Positions 24,001-36,600 of a stretch of 64,000 nucleotides of DNA are shown here, in pieces. A model generated the notes under the pieces. The model was not told the DNA's origin. It made no database searches and saw only the letters and a list, made by a program, of their open reading frames with translations. Position 1 is the stretch's first letter; every line of letters begins with the position of its first letter. This DNA comes from Eledone cirrhosa (taxonomy: Eukaryota): contig OZ024764.1 in NCBI GenBank assembly GCA_964016885.1, positions 26,784,001-26,848,000 on the forward strand, read 5' to 3'. The position numbers and the translations under genes were made by a program.

Positions 24001-27000
24001 AGAGAGAGAGAGCGAGATGAAACGAGAGAGTGAGAGCGAGATGGAACGAGTCAGAGAGAGCGAGATGAAACGAGAGAGTGAGAGCTAGATGAAACGAGAG
24101 AGAGAGGAAACGAGAGAGAGAGGAAACGAGAGAGAGGAAACGAGAGAGAGGAAACGAGAGTAGAGAGCAAGATGAAACAGGAGAGAGAGAGAGCGAGATG
24201 AAACCGGAGAGAGAGAGCGAGATGAAACGAGAGGGAGGGAGAGATGAAACGAGAGAGCGAGAGAGAGATAGAGGGAGATGAAACGAGAGAGTGATAGCTA
24301 GATGAAACGAGAGAGAGAGGAATAGAGAGATGGAACGAGAGAGAGGAAGACAGATATGAAACGAGAGAGAGAGAGAGCGAGATGAAACGAGAGAGAGGAA
24401 GAGAGAGAGCGCGAGATGAAACGAGAGAGAGAGAGCGAGATGAAACGAGAGAGAGAGCGAGATGAAACGAGAGAGAGGAAGAGAGAGAGCGCGAGATGAA
24501 AGTCTGTCATGTAATGTTATGGACATATCTGCCCTTGGGGCTAATAATTGTCATGTAATGTTATGGACATATCTACCCTTGGGGCTAATAATTGTCATGT
24601 AATGTTATGTACATCTCTGCCCCTGTGGCAAATAATTCTGTCATGTAATGTTATGGACACCTCTGTCCCTGTGGCTAATAATTATGTCATGTAATGTTAT
24701 GGACATCTCTGCCCCTGTGGCTAATAATTCTGTCATGTAATGTTATGGACATCTCTGCCCCTGTGGCTAATAAATTCGTCATGTAATGTTATGGACATCT
24801 CTGCCCCTGTGGCTAATAAATCTGTCATGTAATGTTTTGGACATCTCTTCCCCTGTGGCTAATAATTCTGACATGTAATGTTATGGATATCTCTGCCCCT
24901 GTGGCTAATAATTCTGAGAGAGATGAAACAAGTGAGGGATAAGAGAGAGATGAAACAAGTGAGGGATTAGAGTGTTGAAACAAGAGAGAGAGAGGAAGAG
25001 AGAGTGAGAGCGAGATCAAACGAGAGAGAGAGAGCGAGATGAAATGAGAGAGTGAGAGCGAGATGAAACGAGAGAGAGAGAGCGAGATGAAATGAGAGAG
25101 AGAGAGCGAGATGAAATGAGAGAGAGAGAGCGAGATCAAACGAGACAGAGAGAGCGAGGTGAAACGAGAGAGAGAGAGAGCGAAATGAAACGAGACAGAT
25201 TAGAGCGAGATGAAACGAGAGAGAGAGAGCAAGATGAAATGAGAGAGAGAGAGCGAGATGAAACGAGAGAGTGAGAGCTAGAGGAAACGATAGAGAGAGG
25301 AAACGAGAGAGAGAGGAAACGAGAGAGAGGATACGAGAGAGAGGAAACGAGAGTAGAGAGCGAGATGAAACAGGAGAGAGAGAGCGAGATGAAACAGGAG
25401 AGAGAGAGCGAGATGAAACGAGAGGGAGAGTGAGATGAAACGAGAGAGCGAGAGAGAGATAGAGGGAGATGAAACGACAGAGAGAGAGACAGATGAAACG
25501 AGGGAGATAGAGATGAAACGAGAGAGAGAGATGAAACGAGAGAGAGGAAGAGAGAGATGGAACGAGAGAGAGGAAGAGAGAGATGGAACGAGAGAGAGGA
25601 AGACAGAGATGAAACGAGAGAGAGAGAGAGCGAGATGAAACGAGAGAGAGGAAGAGAGAGAACGCGAGATGAAACGAGAGAGAGAGCAAGATGAAACGAG
25701 AGAGAGGAAGAGAGAGAGCGCAAGATGAAACGAGAGAGAGAGAGCGCGAGATGAAAGTCTGTCATGTAATGTTATGGACATATCTGCCCTTGGGGCTAAT
25801 AATTGTCATGTAATGTTATGGAAATCTCTGCCCCTGTGGCTAATAATTCTGTCATGTAATGTTATGGACATCTCTGCCCCTGTGGCTAATAATTCTGTCA
25901 TGTAATGTTATGGACATCTCTGCCCCTGTGGCTAATAAATCTGTCATGTAATGTTATGGACATCTCTGCCCCTGTGGCTAATAATTCTGACATGTAATGT
26001 TATGGACATCTCTGCCCCTGTGGCTAATAAATATGACATGTAATGTTATGGACATCTCTGCCCCTGTGGCTAATAAATCTGTCATGTAATGTTATGGACA
26101 TCTCTGCCCCTGTGGCTAATAATTCTGACATGTAATGTTATGGACATCTCTGCCCCTGTGGCTAATAAATCCGTCATGTAATGTTATGGACATCTCTGCC
26201 CCTGTGGCTAATAATTCTGACATGTAATGTTATGGACATCTCTGCCCCTGTGGCTAATAATTCTGTCATGTAATGTCATGGACATCTCTGCCCCTGTGGC
26301 TAATAAATTCGTCATGTAATGTTATGGACATCTCTGCCCCTGTGGCTAATAAATCTGTCATGTAATGTTATGGACATCTCTGCCCCTGTGGCTAATAATT
26401 CTGACATGTAATGTTATGGATATCTCTGCCCCTGTGGCTAATAATTCTGAGAGAGATGAAACAAGTGAGGGATAAGAGAGAGATGAAACAAATGAGGGAT
26501 TAGAGTGTTGAAACAAGAGAGAGAGAGGAAGAGAGAGTGAGAGCGAGATCAAACGAGAGAGAGAGAGCGAGATGAAATGAGAGAGTGAGAGCGAGATGAA
26601 ACGAGAGAGAGAGAGCGAGATGAAATGAGAGAGCGAGAGCGAGATGAAATGAGAGAGAGAGAGCGAGATGAAACGAGACAGAGAGAGCGAGATGAAACGA
26701 GAGAGAGAGAGAGAGAGCGAAATGAAACGAGACAGATTAGAGCGAGATGAAACGAGAGAGAGAGAGCGAGATGAAATGAGAGAGAGAGAGCGAGATGAAA
26801 CGAGAGAGTGAGAGCTAGAGGAAACGAGAGAGAGAGGAAACGAGAGAGAGGATACGAGAGACAGGAAACGAGAGTAGAGAGCGAGATGAAACAGGAGAGA
26901 GAGAGCGAGATGAAACAGGAGAGAGAGAGCGAGATGAAACGAGAGGGAGAGAGAGATGAAACGAGAGAGCGAGAGAGAGATAGAGGGAGATGAAACGACA

Positions 27001-30000
27001 GAGAGAGAGACAGATGAAACGAGGGAGATAGAGATGAAACGAGAGAGAGAGATGAAACGAGAGAGAGGAAGAGAGAGATGGAACGAGAGAGAGGAAGAGA
27101 GAGATGGAACGAGAGAGAGGAAGACAGAGATGAAACGAGAGAGAGAGAGAGCGAGATGAAACGAGAGAGAGGAAGAGAGAACGCGAGATAAAACGAGAGA
27201 GAGAGAGAGCAAGATGAAACGAGAGAGAGGAAGAGAGAGAGCGCAAGATGAAACGAGAGAGAGAGTGCGAGATGAAAGTCTGTCATGTAATGTTATGGAC
27301 ATATCTGCCCTTGGGGCTAATAATTGTCATGTAATGTTATGGAAATCTCTGCCTCTGTGGCTAATAATTCTTTCATGTAATGTTATGGACATCTCTGCCC
27401 CTGTGGCTAATAATTCTGTCATGTAATGTTATGGACATCTCTGCCCCTGTGGCTAATAAATCTGTCATGTAATGTTATGGACATCTCTGCCCCTGTGGCT
27501 AATAATTCTGACATGTAATGTTATGGACATCTCTGCCCCTGTGGCTAATAAATATGACATGTAATGTTATGGACATCTCTGCCCCTGTGGCTAATAAATC
27601 TGTCATGTAATGTTATGGACATCTCTGCCCCTGTGGCTAATAATTCTGACATGTAATGTTATGGACATCTCTGCCCCTGTGGCTAATAATTCTGAGAGAG
27701 ATGAAACAAGTGAGGGATTAGAGAGAGATGAAACAAGTGAGGGATTAGAGTGTTGAATCAAGAGAGAGAGAGAGGAAGAGAGAGTGAGAGCGAAATCAAA
27801 CGAGAGAGAGCGAGATGAAATGAGAGAGTGAGAGCGAGATGAAACTAGAGAGAGAGAGAGAGCGAGATGAAATGAGAGAGAGAGAGCGAGATGAAATGAG
27901 AGAGAGAGAGAGCGAGATGAAACGAGACAGAGAGAGCGGGATGAAACGAGACAGAGAGAGCGAGAGCGAGATGAAACGAGACAGAGAGAGCGAGATGAAA
28001 CGAGAGAGAGAGAGCGAGATGAAATGAGAGAGAGAGAGAGAGATGAAATGAGAGAGAGAGAGCGAGATGAAACGAGAGAGTGAGAGCGAGATGGAACGAG
28101 ACAGAGAGAGCGAGATGAAACGAGAGTGGGAGAGCTAGATGAAACGAGAGAGAGAGGAAACGAGAGAGACGAAACGAAAGAGAGGAAACGAGAGTAGAGA
28201 GCGAGATGAAACAGGAGAGAGAGAGCGAGATGAAACAGGAGAGAGAGAGCGAGATGAAACGAGAGGGAGAGAGAGATGAAACGAGAGAGCGAGAGAGAGA
28301 TAGAGGGAGATGAAACGACAGAGAGAGAGACAGATGAAACGAGGGAGATAGAGATGAAACGAGAGAGAGAGATGAAACGAGAGAGAGGAAGAGAGAGATG
28401 GAACGAGAGAGAGGAAGGGAGAGATGGAACGAGAGAGAGGAAGACAGAGATGAAACGAGAGAGAGAGAGAGCAAGATGAAACGAGAGAGAGAGATGAAAC
28501 GAGAGAGAGGAAGAGAGAGATGGAACGAGAGAGAGGAAGAGAGAGATGGAACGAGCGAGAGGAAGACAGAGATGAAACGAGACAGAGAGAGATCGAGATG
28601 AAACGAGAGAGAGGAAGAGAGAGAGCGCAAGATGAAACGAGAGAGAGAGAGAGAGCGAGATGAAACGAGAGAGAGGAAGAGAGAGAGCGCGAGATGAAAC
28701 GAGAGAGAGAGGAATAGAGAGATGGAACGAGAGAGAGGAAGACAGATATGAAACGAGAGAGAGAGAGAGCGAGATGAAACGAGAGAGAGGAAGAGAGCGC
28801 GAGATGAAACGAGAGAGAGAGAGCGAGATGAAACGAGAGAGAGAGCGAGATGAAACGAGAGAGAGGAAGAGAGAGAGCGCGAGATGAAAGTCTGTCATGT
28901 AATGTTATGGACATATCTGCCCTTGGGGCTAATAATTGTCATGTAATGTTATGGACATATCTACCCTTGGGGCTAATAATTGTCATGTAATGTTATGTAC
29001 ATCTCTGCCCCTGTGGCAAATAATTCTGTCATGTAATGTTATGGACACCTCTGTCCCTGTGGCTAATAATTATGTCATGTAATGTTATGGACATCTCTGC
29101 CCCTGTGGCTAATAATTCTGTCATGTAATGTTATGGACATCTCTGCCCCTGTGGCTAATAAATTCGTCATGTAATGTTATGGACATCTCTGCCCCTGTGG
29201 CTAATAAATCTGTCATGTAATGTTTTGGACATCTCTTCCCCTGTGGCTAATAATTCTGACATGTAATGTTATGGATATCTCTGCCCCTGTGGCTAATAAT
29301 TCTGAGAGAGATGAAACAAGTGAGGGATAAGAGAGAGATGAAACAAGTGAGGGATTAGAGTGTTGAAACAAGAGAGAGAGAGGAAGAGAGAGTGAGAGCG
29401 AGATCAAACGAGAGAGAGAGAGCGAGATGAAATGAGAGAGTGAGAGCGAGATGAAACGAGAGAGAGAGAGCGAGATGAAATGAGAGAGAGAGAGCGAGAT
29501 GAAATGAGAGAGAGAGAGCGAGATGAAACGAGACAGAGAGAGCGAGGTGAAACGAGAGAGAGAGAGAGCGAAATGAAACGAGACAGATTAGAGCGAGATG
29601 AAACGAGAGAGAGAGAGAGCAAGATGAAATGAGAGAGAGAGAGCGAGATGAAACGAGAGAGTGAGAGCTAGAGGAAACGATAGAGAGAGGAAACGAGAGA
29701 GAGAGAGGAAACGAGAGAGAGGATACGAGAGAGAGGAAACGAGAGTAGAGAGCGAGATGAAACAGGAGAGAGAGAGCGAGATGAAACAGGAGAGAGAGAG
29801 CGAGATGAAACGAGAGGGAGAGTGAGATGAAACGAGAGAGCGAGAGAGAGATAGAGGGAGATGAAACGACAGAGAGAGAGACAGATGAAACGAGGGAGAT
29901 AGAGATGAAACGAGAGAGAGAGATGAAACGAGAGAGAGGAAGAGAGAGATGGAACGAGAGAGAGGAAGAGAGAGATGGAACGAGAGAGAGGAAGACAGAG

Positions 30001-30644
30001 ATGAAACGAGAGAGAGAGCGAGATGAAACGAGAGAGAGGAAGAGAGAGAACGCGAGATGAAACGAGAGAGAGAGCAAGATGAAACGAGAGAGAGGAAGAG
30101 AGCGCAAGATGAAACGAGAGAGAGAGAGCGCGAGATGGAAGTCTGTCATGTAATGTTATGGACATATCTGCCCTTGGGGCTAATAATTGTCATGTAATGT
30201 TATGGAAATCTCTGCCCCTGTGGCTAATAATTCTGTCATGTAATGTTATGGACATCTCTGCCCCTGTGGCTAATAATTCTGTCATGTAATGTTATGGACA
30301 TCTCTGCCCCTGTGGCTAATAAATCTGTCATGTAATGTTATGGACATCTCTGCCCCTGTGGCTAATAATTCTGACATGTAATGTTATGGACATCTCTGCC
30401 CCTGTGGCTAATAAATATGACATGTAATGTTATGGACATCTCTGCCCCTGTGGCTAATAAATCTGTCATGTAATGTTATGGACATCTCTGCCCCTGTGGC
30501 TAATAATTCTGACATGTAATGTTATGGACATCTCTGCCCCTGTGGCTAATAAATCTGTCATGTAATGTTATGGACATCTCTGCCCCTGTGGCTAATAATT
30601 CTGACATGTAATGTTATGGACATCTCTGCCCCTGTGGCTAATAA
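17735..30644 (-). repeat. Compound satellite, array B (reverse orientation; GA-rich on + strand)
   Basis: GA blocks (AGATGAAACGAGAG modules) at ~17735-18860, 19450-21110, 21522-22348, 22764-24500, 24915-25755, 26448-27277, 27692-28888 and 29302-30140, separated by clusters of the reverse-complement 46-mer. Confidence 0.97.
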
Positions 30645-30651
30645 TTCTGAT

Positions 30652-33600
30652 TTATTAGCCACAGGGGCAGAGATGTCCATAACATTACATGACAGAATTA
30701 TTAGCCACAGGGGCAGAGATTTCCATAACATTACATGTCAGAATTATTAGCCACAGGGGCAGAGATGTCCATAACATTACATGTCAGAATTATTAGCCAC
30801 AGGGGCAGAGATGTCCATAACATTACATGACAGAATTATTAGCCACAGGGGCAGAGATGACCATAACATTACATGACAATTATTAGCCACAGGGGCAGAT
30901 ATGTCAATAACATTACATGACAGAGTTTCATCTTGCGCTCTCTCTCTCTCGTTTCATCTCGCTCTCCCTCTCTCTCGTTTCATCTCTGTCTTCCTCTCTC
31001 TCGTTTCATCTCGATCTCTCTCTCTCTCGTTTCATCTCTGTCTTCCTCTCTCTCGTTCCATCTCTCTCTTCCTCTCTCTCGTTCCATCTCTCTCTTCCTC
31101 TCTTTCGTTTCATCTCTATCTCCCTTCTTTCATCTGTCTCTCTCTCTGTCGTTTCATCTCGCGCTCTCTCTCTCTCGTTTCATCTTGCGCTCTCTCTCTC
31201 TCGTTTCGTCTTGCTCTCTCTCTCTCTCGTTTCATCTCTGTCTTCCTCTCTCTCGTTCCATCTCTCTATCCCTCTCTCTCGTTCCATCTCTCTCATCCTC
31301 TCTCTCGTTTCATCTCTATCTCCCTCCTTTCATCTGTCTCTCTCTCTGTCGTTTCATCTCGCGCTCTCTCTCTCTCGTTTCATCTTGCGCTCTCTCTCTC
31401 TCGTTTCATCTCGTTCTCTCTCTCGTTTCATCTCTGTCTTCCTCTCTCTCGTTCCATCTCTCTCTTCCTCTCTCTCGTTCCATCTCTCTCTTCCTCTCTC
31501 TCGTTTCATCTCTATCTCCCTTCTTTCATCTGTCTCGCTCTCTGTCGTTTCATCTCGCGCTCTCTCTCTCTCGTTTCATGTCGCGCTCTCTCTCTCTCGT
31601 TTCATCTCGCTCTCTCTCTCTCGTTTCATCTCTGTCTTCCTCTCTCTCGTGCCATCTCTCTCTTCCTCTCTCTCTTCCTCTCTCTCGTTTCATCTCTATC
31701 TCCCTTGTTTCATCTCTCTCTCGCTCTCTCGTTTCATCTCTCTCTCCCTCTCGTTTCATCTCGCTCTCTCTCTCCTGTTTCATCTCGCTCTCTCTCTCTC
31801 GTTTCATCTCTGTCTTCCTCTCTCTCGTTCCATCTCTGTCTTCCTCTCTCTCGTTCCATCTCTCGCTTCCTCTCTCTCGTTTCATCTCGCTCTCCCTCGT
31901 TTCATCTCTCTCTCGCTCTCTCGTTTCATCTCTCTCTCCCTCTCATTTCATCTCGCTCTCTCTCTCCTGTTTCATCTGGCTCTCTCTCTCTCCTGTTTCA
32001 TCTCGCTCTCTACTCTCGTTTCCTCTCTCTCTCTCGTTTCATCTCTCTCTCCCTCCCGTTTCATCTCGCTCTCTCTCTCTCATTTCATCTCGCTCTCTCT
32101 CTCTCGTTTCATCTCGCTCTCCCTCTCTCGTTTCATCCCGCTCTCACTCTCTCATTTCTTCTCGCTCTCTCTCTCTTGTTTCAACACTCTAATCCCTCAC
32201 TTGTTTACTATCTCTCAGAATTATTAGCCACAGGGGCAGAGATGACCATAACATTACATGTCAGAATTATTAGCCACAAGGGCAGAGATGTCCATAACAT
32301 TACATGACAGAATTATTAGCCACAGGGGCAGAGATGACCATAACATTACATGACAATTATTAGCCACAGGGGCAGATTTGTCAATAACATTACATGACAG
32401 AGTTTCATCTCGCGCTCTCTCTCTCTCGTTTCATCTTGCGCTCTCTCTCTCTCTCGTTTCATCTTGCTCTCTCTCTCGTTTCATCTCTGTCTTCCTCTCT
32501 CTCGTTCCATCTCTCTCTTCCTCTCTCTCGTTCCATCTCTCTCATCCTCTCTCTCGTTTCATCTCTATCTCCCTCCTTTCATCTGTCTCTCTCTCTGTCG
32601 TTTCATCTCGCGCTCTCTCTCTCTCGTTTCATCTCGCGCTCTCTCTGTCTCGTTTCATCTCGCTCTCTCTCTCTCTCGTTTCATCTCTGTCTTCCTCTCT
32701 CTCGTTCCATCTCTCTCTTCCTCTCTCTCGTTCCATCTCTCTCTTCTTCTCTCTCGTTTCATCTCTATCTCCCTCGTTTCATCTCTCTCTCGCTCTCTCG
32801 TTTCATCTCTCTCTCCCGCTCGTTTCTTTTCGCTCTCTCTCTCCTGTTTCATCTCGCTCTCTACTCTCGTTTCCTCTCTCTCATTTCCTCTCTCTCTCGT
32901 TTCCTCTCTGTCTCGTTTCATCTCGCTCTCTCTCTTTCTCGTTTGATCTCGCTCTCACTCTCTCGTTTCATCTCGCTTCTCTCACTCTCTTGTTTCATCT
33001 CGCTCTCTCTCTCTCTTCCTCTCTCTCTCTTGTTTCAACACTCTAATCCCTCACTTGTTTTATCTCTCTCTAATCCCTCACTTGGTTCATCTCTCTCAGA
33101 ATTATTAGCCACAGGGGCAGAGATGTCCATAACATTACATGTCAGAATTATTAGCCACAGGGCAGAGATGTCCATAACATTACATGTCAGAATTATTAGC
33201 CACTGGGGCAGAGATGTCCATAACATTACATGTCAGAATTATTAGCCACAGGGGTAGAGATGTCCATAACATTACATGTCAGAATTATTAGCCACAGGGG
33301 CAGAGATGTCCATAACATTACATGACAGAATTATTAGCCACAGGGGCAGTGATGTCCATAACATTACATGACAATTATTAGCCCCAAGGGCAGATATGTC
33401 CATAACATTACATGACAGAGTTCCATCTCGCGCTCTCTCTCTTCCTCTCTCTCGTTTCATCTCGCTCTCTCTCTCTCTCGTTTCATCTCGCTCTCTCGTT
33501 TCATCTCGCTCTCTCGTTTCATCTCGCTCTCTCTCGTTTCATCTCTGTCTTCCTCTCTCTCGTTCCATCTCTCTCTTCCTCTCTCTCGTTCCATCTCTCT

Positions 33601-36600
33601 CTTCCTCTCTCTCGTTTCATTTCTATCTCCCTCCTTTCATCTGTCTCTCTCTCTGTCGTTTCATCTCGCGCTCTCTCTCTCTCGATTCATCTCGCGCTCT
33701 CTCTCTCTCGTTTCATCTCGCTCTCTCTCTCTCTCGTTTCATCTCTGTCTTCCTCTCTCGCGTTCCATCTCTCTCTTCCTCTCTCTCGTTCCATCTCTCT
33801 CTTCCTCTCTCTCGTTTCATTTCTATCTCCCTCCTTTCATCTGTCTCTCTCTCTGTCGTTTCATCTCGCGCTCTCTCTCTCTCGATTCATCTCGCGCTCT
33901 CTCTCTCTCGTTTCATCTCGCTCTCTCTCTCTCTCGTTTCATCTCTCTCTTCCTCCCTCTCTTCCTCTCTCTCGTTTCATCTCTATCTCCCTCGTTTCAT
34001 CTCTCTCTCCCTCTCGTTTCATCTCGCTCTCTCTCTCCTGTTTCATCTCGCTCTCTACTCTCGTTTCCTCTCTCTCGTTTCCTCTCTGTCTCGTTCCATC
34101 CCGCTCTCTCTTTCTCTCATTACATCTCGCTCTCTCTGTCTCGTTTCATCTCGCTCTCTCTCTCTCTCGTTTCATCTCGCTCTCACTCTCTCGTTTCATC
34201 TCGCGTTTCATCTCACTCTCCCTGTCTCATTTCACCTCGCTCTCTCTCTCTCTTCCTCTCTCTCTCTTGTTTCAACACTCTAATCCCTCACTTGTTTTAT
34301 CTCTCTCTAATCCCTCACTTGTTTCATCTCTCTCAGAATTATTAGCCACAGGGGCAGAGATGTCCATAACATTACATGTCAGAATTATTAGCCACAGGGC
34401 AGAGATGTCCATAACATTACATGTCAGAGTTATTAGCCACAGGGGCAGAGATGTCCATAACATTACATGTCAGAATTATTAGCCACGGGGGCGGAGACGT
34501 CCATAACATTACATGACAGAATTATTAGCCACAGGGGCAGAGATGACCATAACATTACATGACAATTATTAGCCACAGGGGCAGATATATCAATAACATT
34601 ACATGATAGAGTTTCATCTCGCGCTCTCTCTCTCTCGTTTCATCTTGCTCTCTCTCTCTCTCGTTTCATCTCTGTCTTCCTCTCTCTCGTTCCATCTCTC
34701 TCTTCCTCTCTCTCGTTCCATCTCTCTCATCCTCTCTCTCGTTTCATCTCTATCTCCCTCCTTTCATCTGTCTCTCTCTGTCGTTTCATCTCGTGCTCTC
34801 TCTCTCTCGTTTCATCTCGCGCTCTCTCTGTCTCGTTTCATCTCGCTCTCTCTCTCTCTCGTTTCATCTCTGTCTTCCTCTCTCACGTTCCATCTCTCTC
34901 TTCCTCTCTCTCGTTCCATCTCTCTCTTCCTCTCTCTCGTTTCATCTCTATCTCCCTCGTTTCATCTCTCTCTCGCTCTCTCGTTTCATCTCTCTCTCCC
35001 TCTCGTTTCATCTCGCTCTCTACTCTCGTTTCCTCTCTCTCGTTTCCTCTCTGTCTCGTTCCATCCCGCTCTCTCTCTCTCACATTACATCTCGCTCTCT
35101 CTGTCTCGTTTCATCTCGCTCTCTCTCTCTCTCGTTTCATCTCGCTCTCACTCTCTCATTTCATCTCGCTTCTCTCACTATTGCGTTTCATCTCGCTCTC
35201 CCTGTCTCATTTCATCTCGCTCTCTCTCTCTCTCTTCCTCTCTCTCTCTTGTTTCAACACTCTAATCCCTCACTTGTTTTATCTCTCTCTAATCCCTCCC
35301 TTGTTTCATCTCTCTCAGAATTATTAGCCACTGGGGCAGAGATGTCCATAACATTACATGTCAGAGTTATTAGCCACAGGGGCAGAGATGTCCATAACAT
35401 TACATGACAGAGTTTCATCTCGCGCTCTCTCTCTCTCGTTTCATCTCGCGCTCTCTCTCTCTCTCTCGTTTCATCTCGCTCTCTCTCTCTCTCGTTTCAC
35501 CTCTGTCTTTCATCTCTCTCTTCCTCTCTCTCGTTCCATCTCTCTCTTCCTCTCTCTCGTTTCATCTCTATCTCCCTCCTTTCATCTGTCTCTCTCTCTG
35601 TCGTTTCATCTCGCGCTCTCTCTCTCTCGTTTCATCTCGCGCTCTCTCTCTCTCGTTTCATCTCGCTCTCTCTCTCTCTCGTTACATCTCTGTCTTCCTC
35701 TCTCTCGTTCCATCTCTCTCTTCCTCTCTCTCTTCCTCTCTCTCGTTTCATCTCTATCTCCCTCGTTTCATCTCTCTCTCCCTCTCGTTTCATCTCGCTC
35801 TCTCTCTCCTGTTTCATCTCGCTCTCTACTCTCGTTTCCTCTCTCTCGTTTCCTCTCTGTCTCGTTCCATCCCGCTCTCTCTCTCTCTCATTACATCTCG
35901 CTCTCTCTGTCTCGTTTCATCTCGCTCTCTCTCTCTCTCGTTTCATCTCGCTCTCACTCTCTCGTTTCATCTCGCGTTTCATCTCACTCTCCCTGTCTCA
36001 TTTCATCTCGCTCTCTCTCTCTCTTCCTCTCTCTCTCTTGTTTCAACACTCTAATCCCTCACTTGTTTTATCTCTCTCTAATCCCTCACTTGTTTCATCT
36101 CTCTCAGAATTATTAGCCACAGGGGCAGAGATGTCCATAACATTACATGTCAGAATTATTAGCCACAGGGCAGAGATGTCCATAACATTACATGTCAGAA
36201 TTATTAGCCACAGGGGCAGAGATGTCCATAACATTACATGTCAGAATTATTAGCCACAGGGGCGGAGACGTCCATAACATTACATGACAGAATTATTAGC
36301 CACAGGGGCAGAGATGACCATAACATTACATGACAATTATTAGCCACAGGGGCAGATATATCAATAACATTACATGATAGAGTTTCATCTCGCGCTCTCT
36401 CTCTCTCGTTTCATCTTGCGCTCTCTCTCTCTCGTTTCATCTTGCTCTCTCTCTCTCTCGTTTCATCTCTGTATTCCTCTCTCTCGTTCCATCTCTCTAT
36501 TCCTCTCTCTCGTTCCATCTCTCTCATCCTCTCTCTCGTTTTATCTGTATCTCCCTCCTTCAATCTGTCTCTCTCTCTGTCGTTTCATCTCGTGCTCTCT

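Noticed and set aside
30901-32307. Long Ser/Leu/Arg-rich ORFs (up to 468 aa) and antisense Arg/Glu-rich ORFs throughout the arrays
   Set aside because: They are open in all three frames because CT-rich sequence lacks stop codons. The 46-bp unit and 2-bp indels do not preserve frame, and there is no domain signal.
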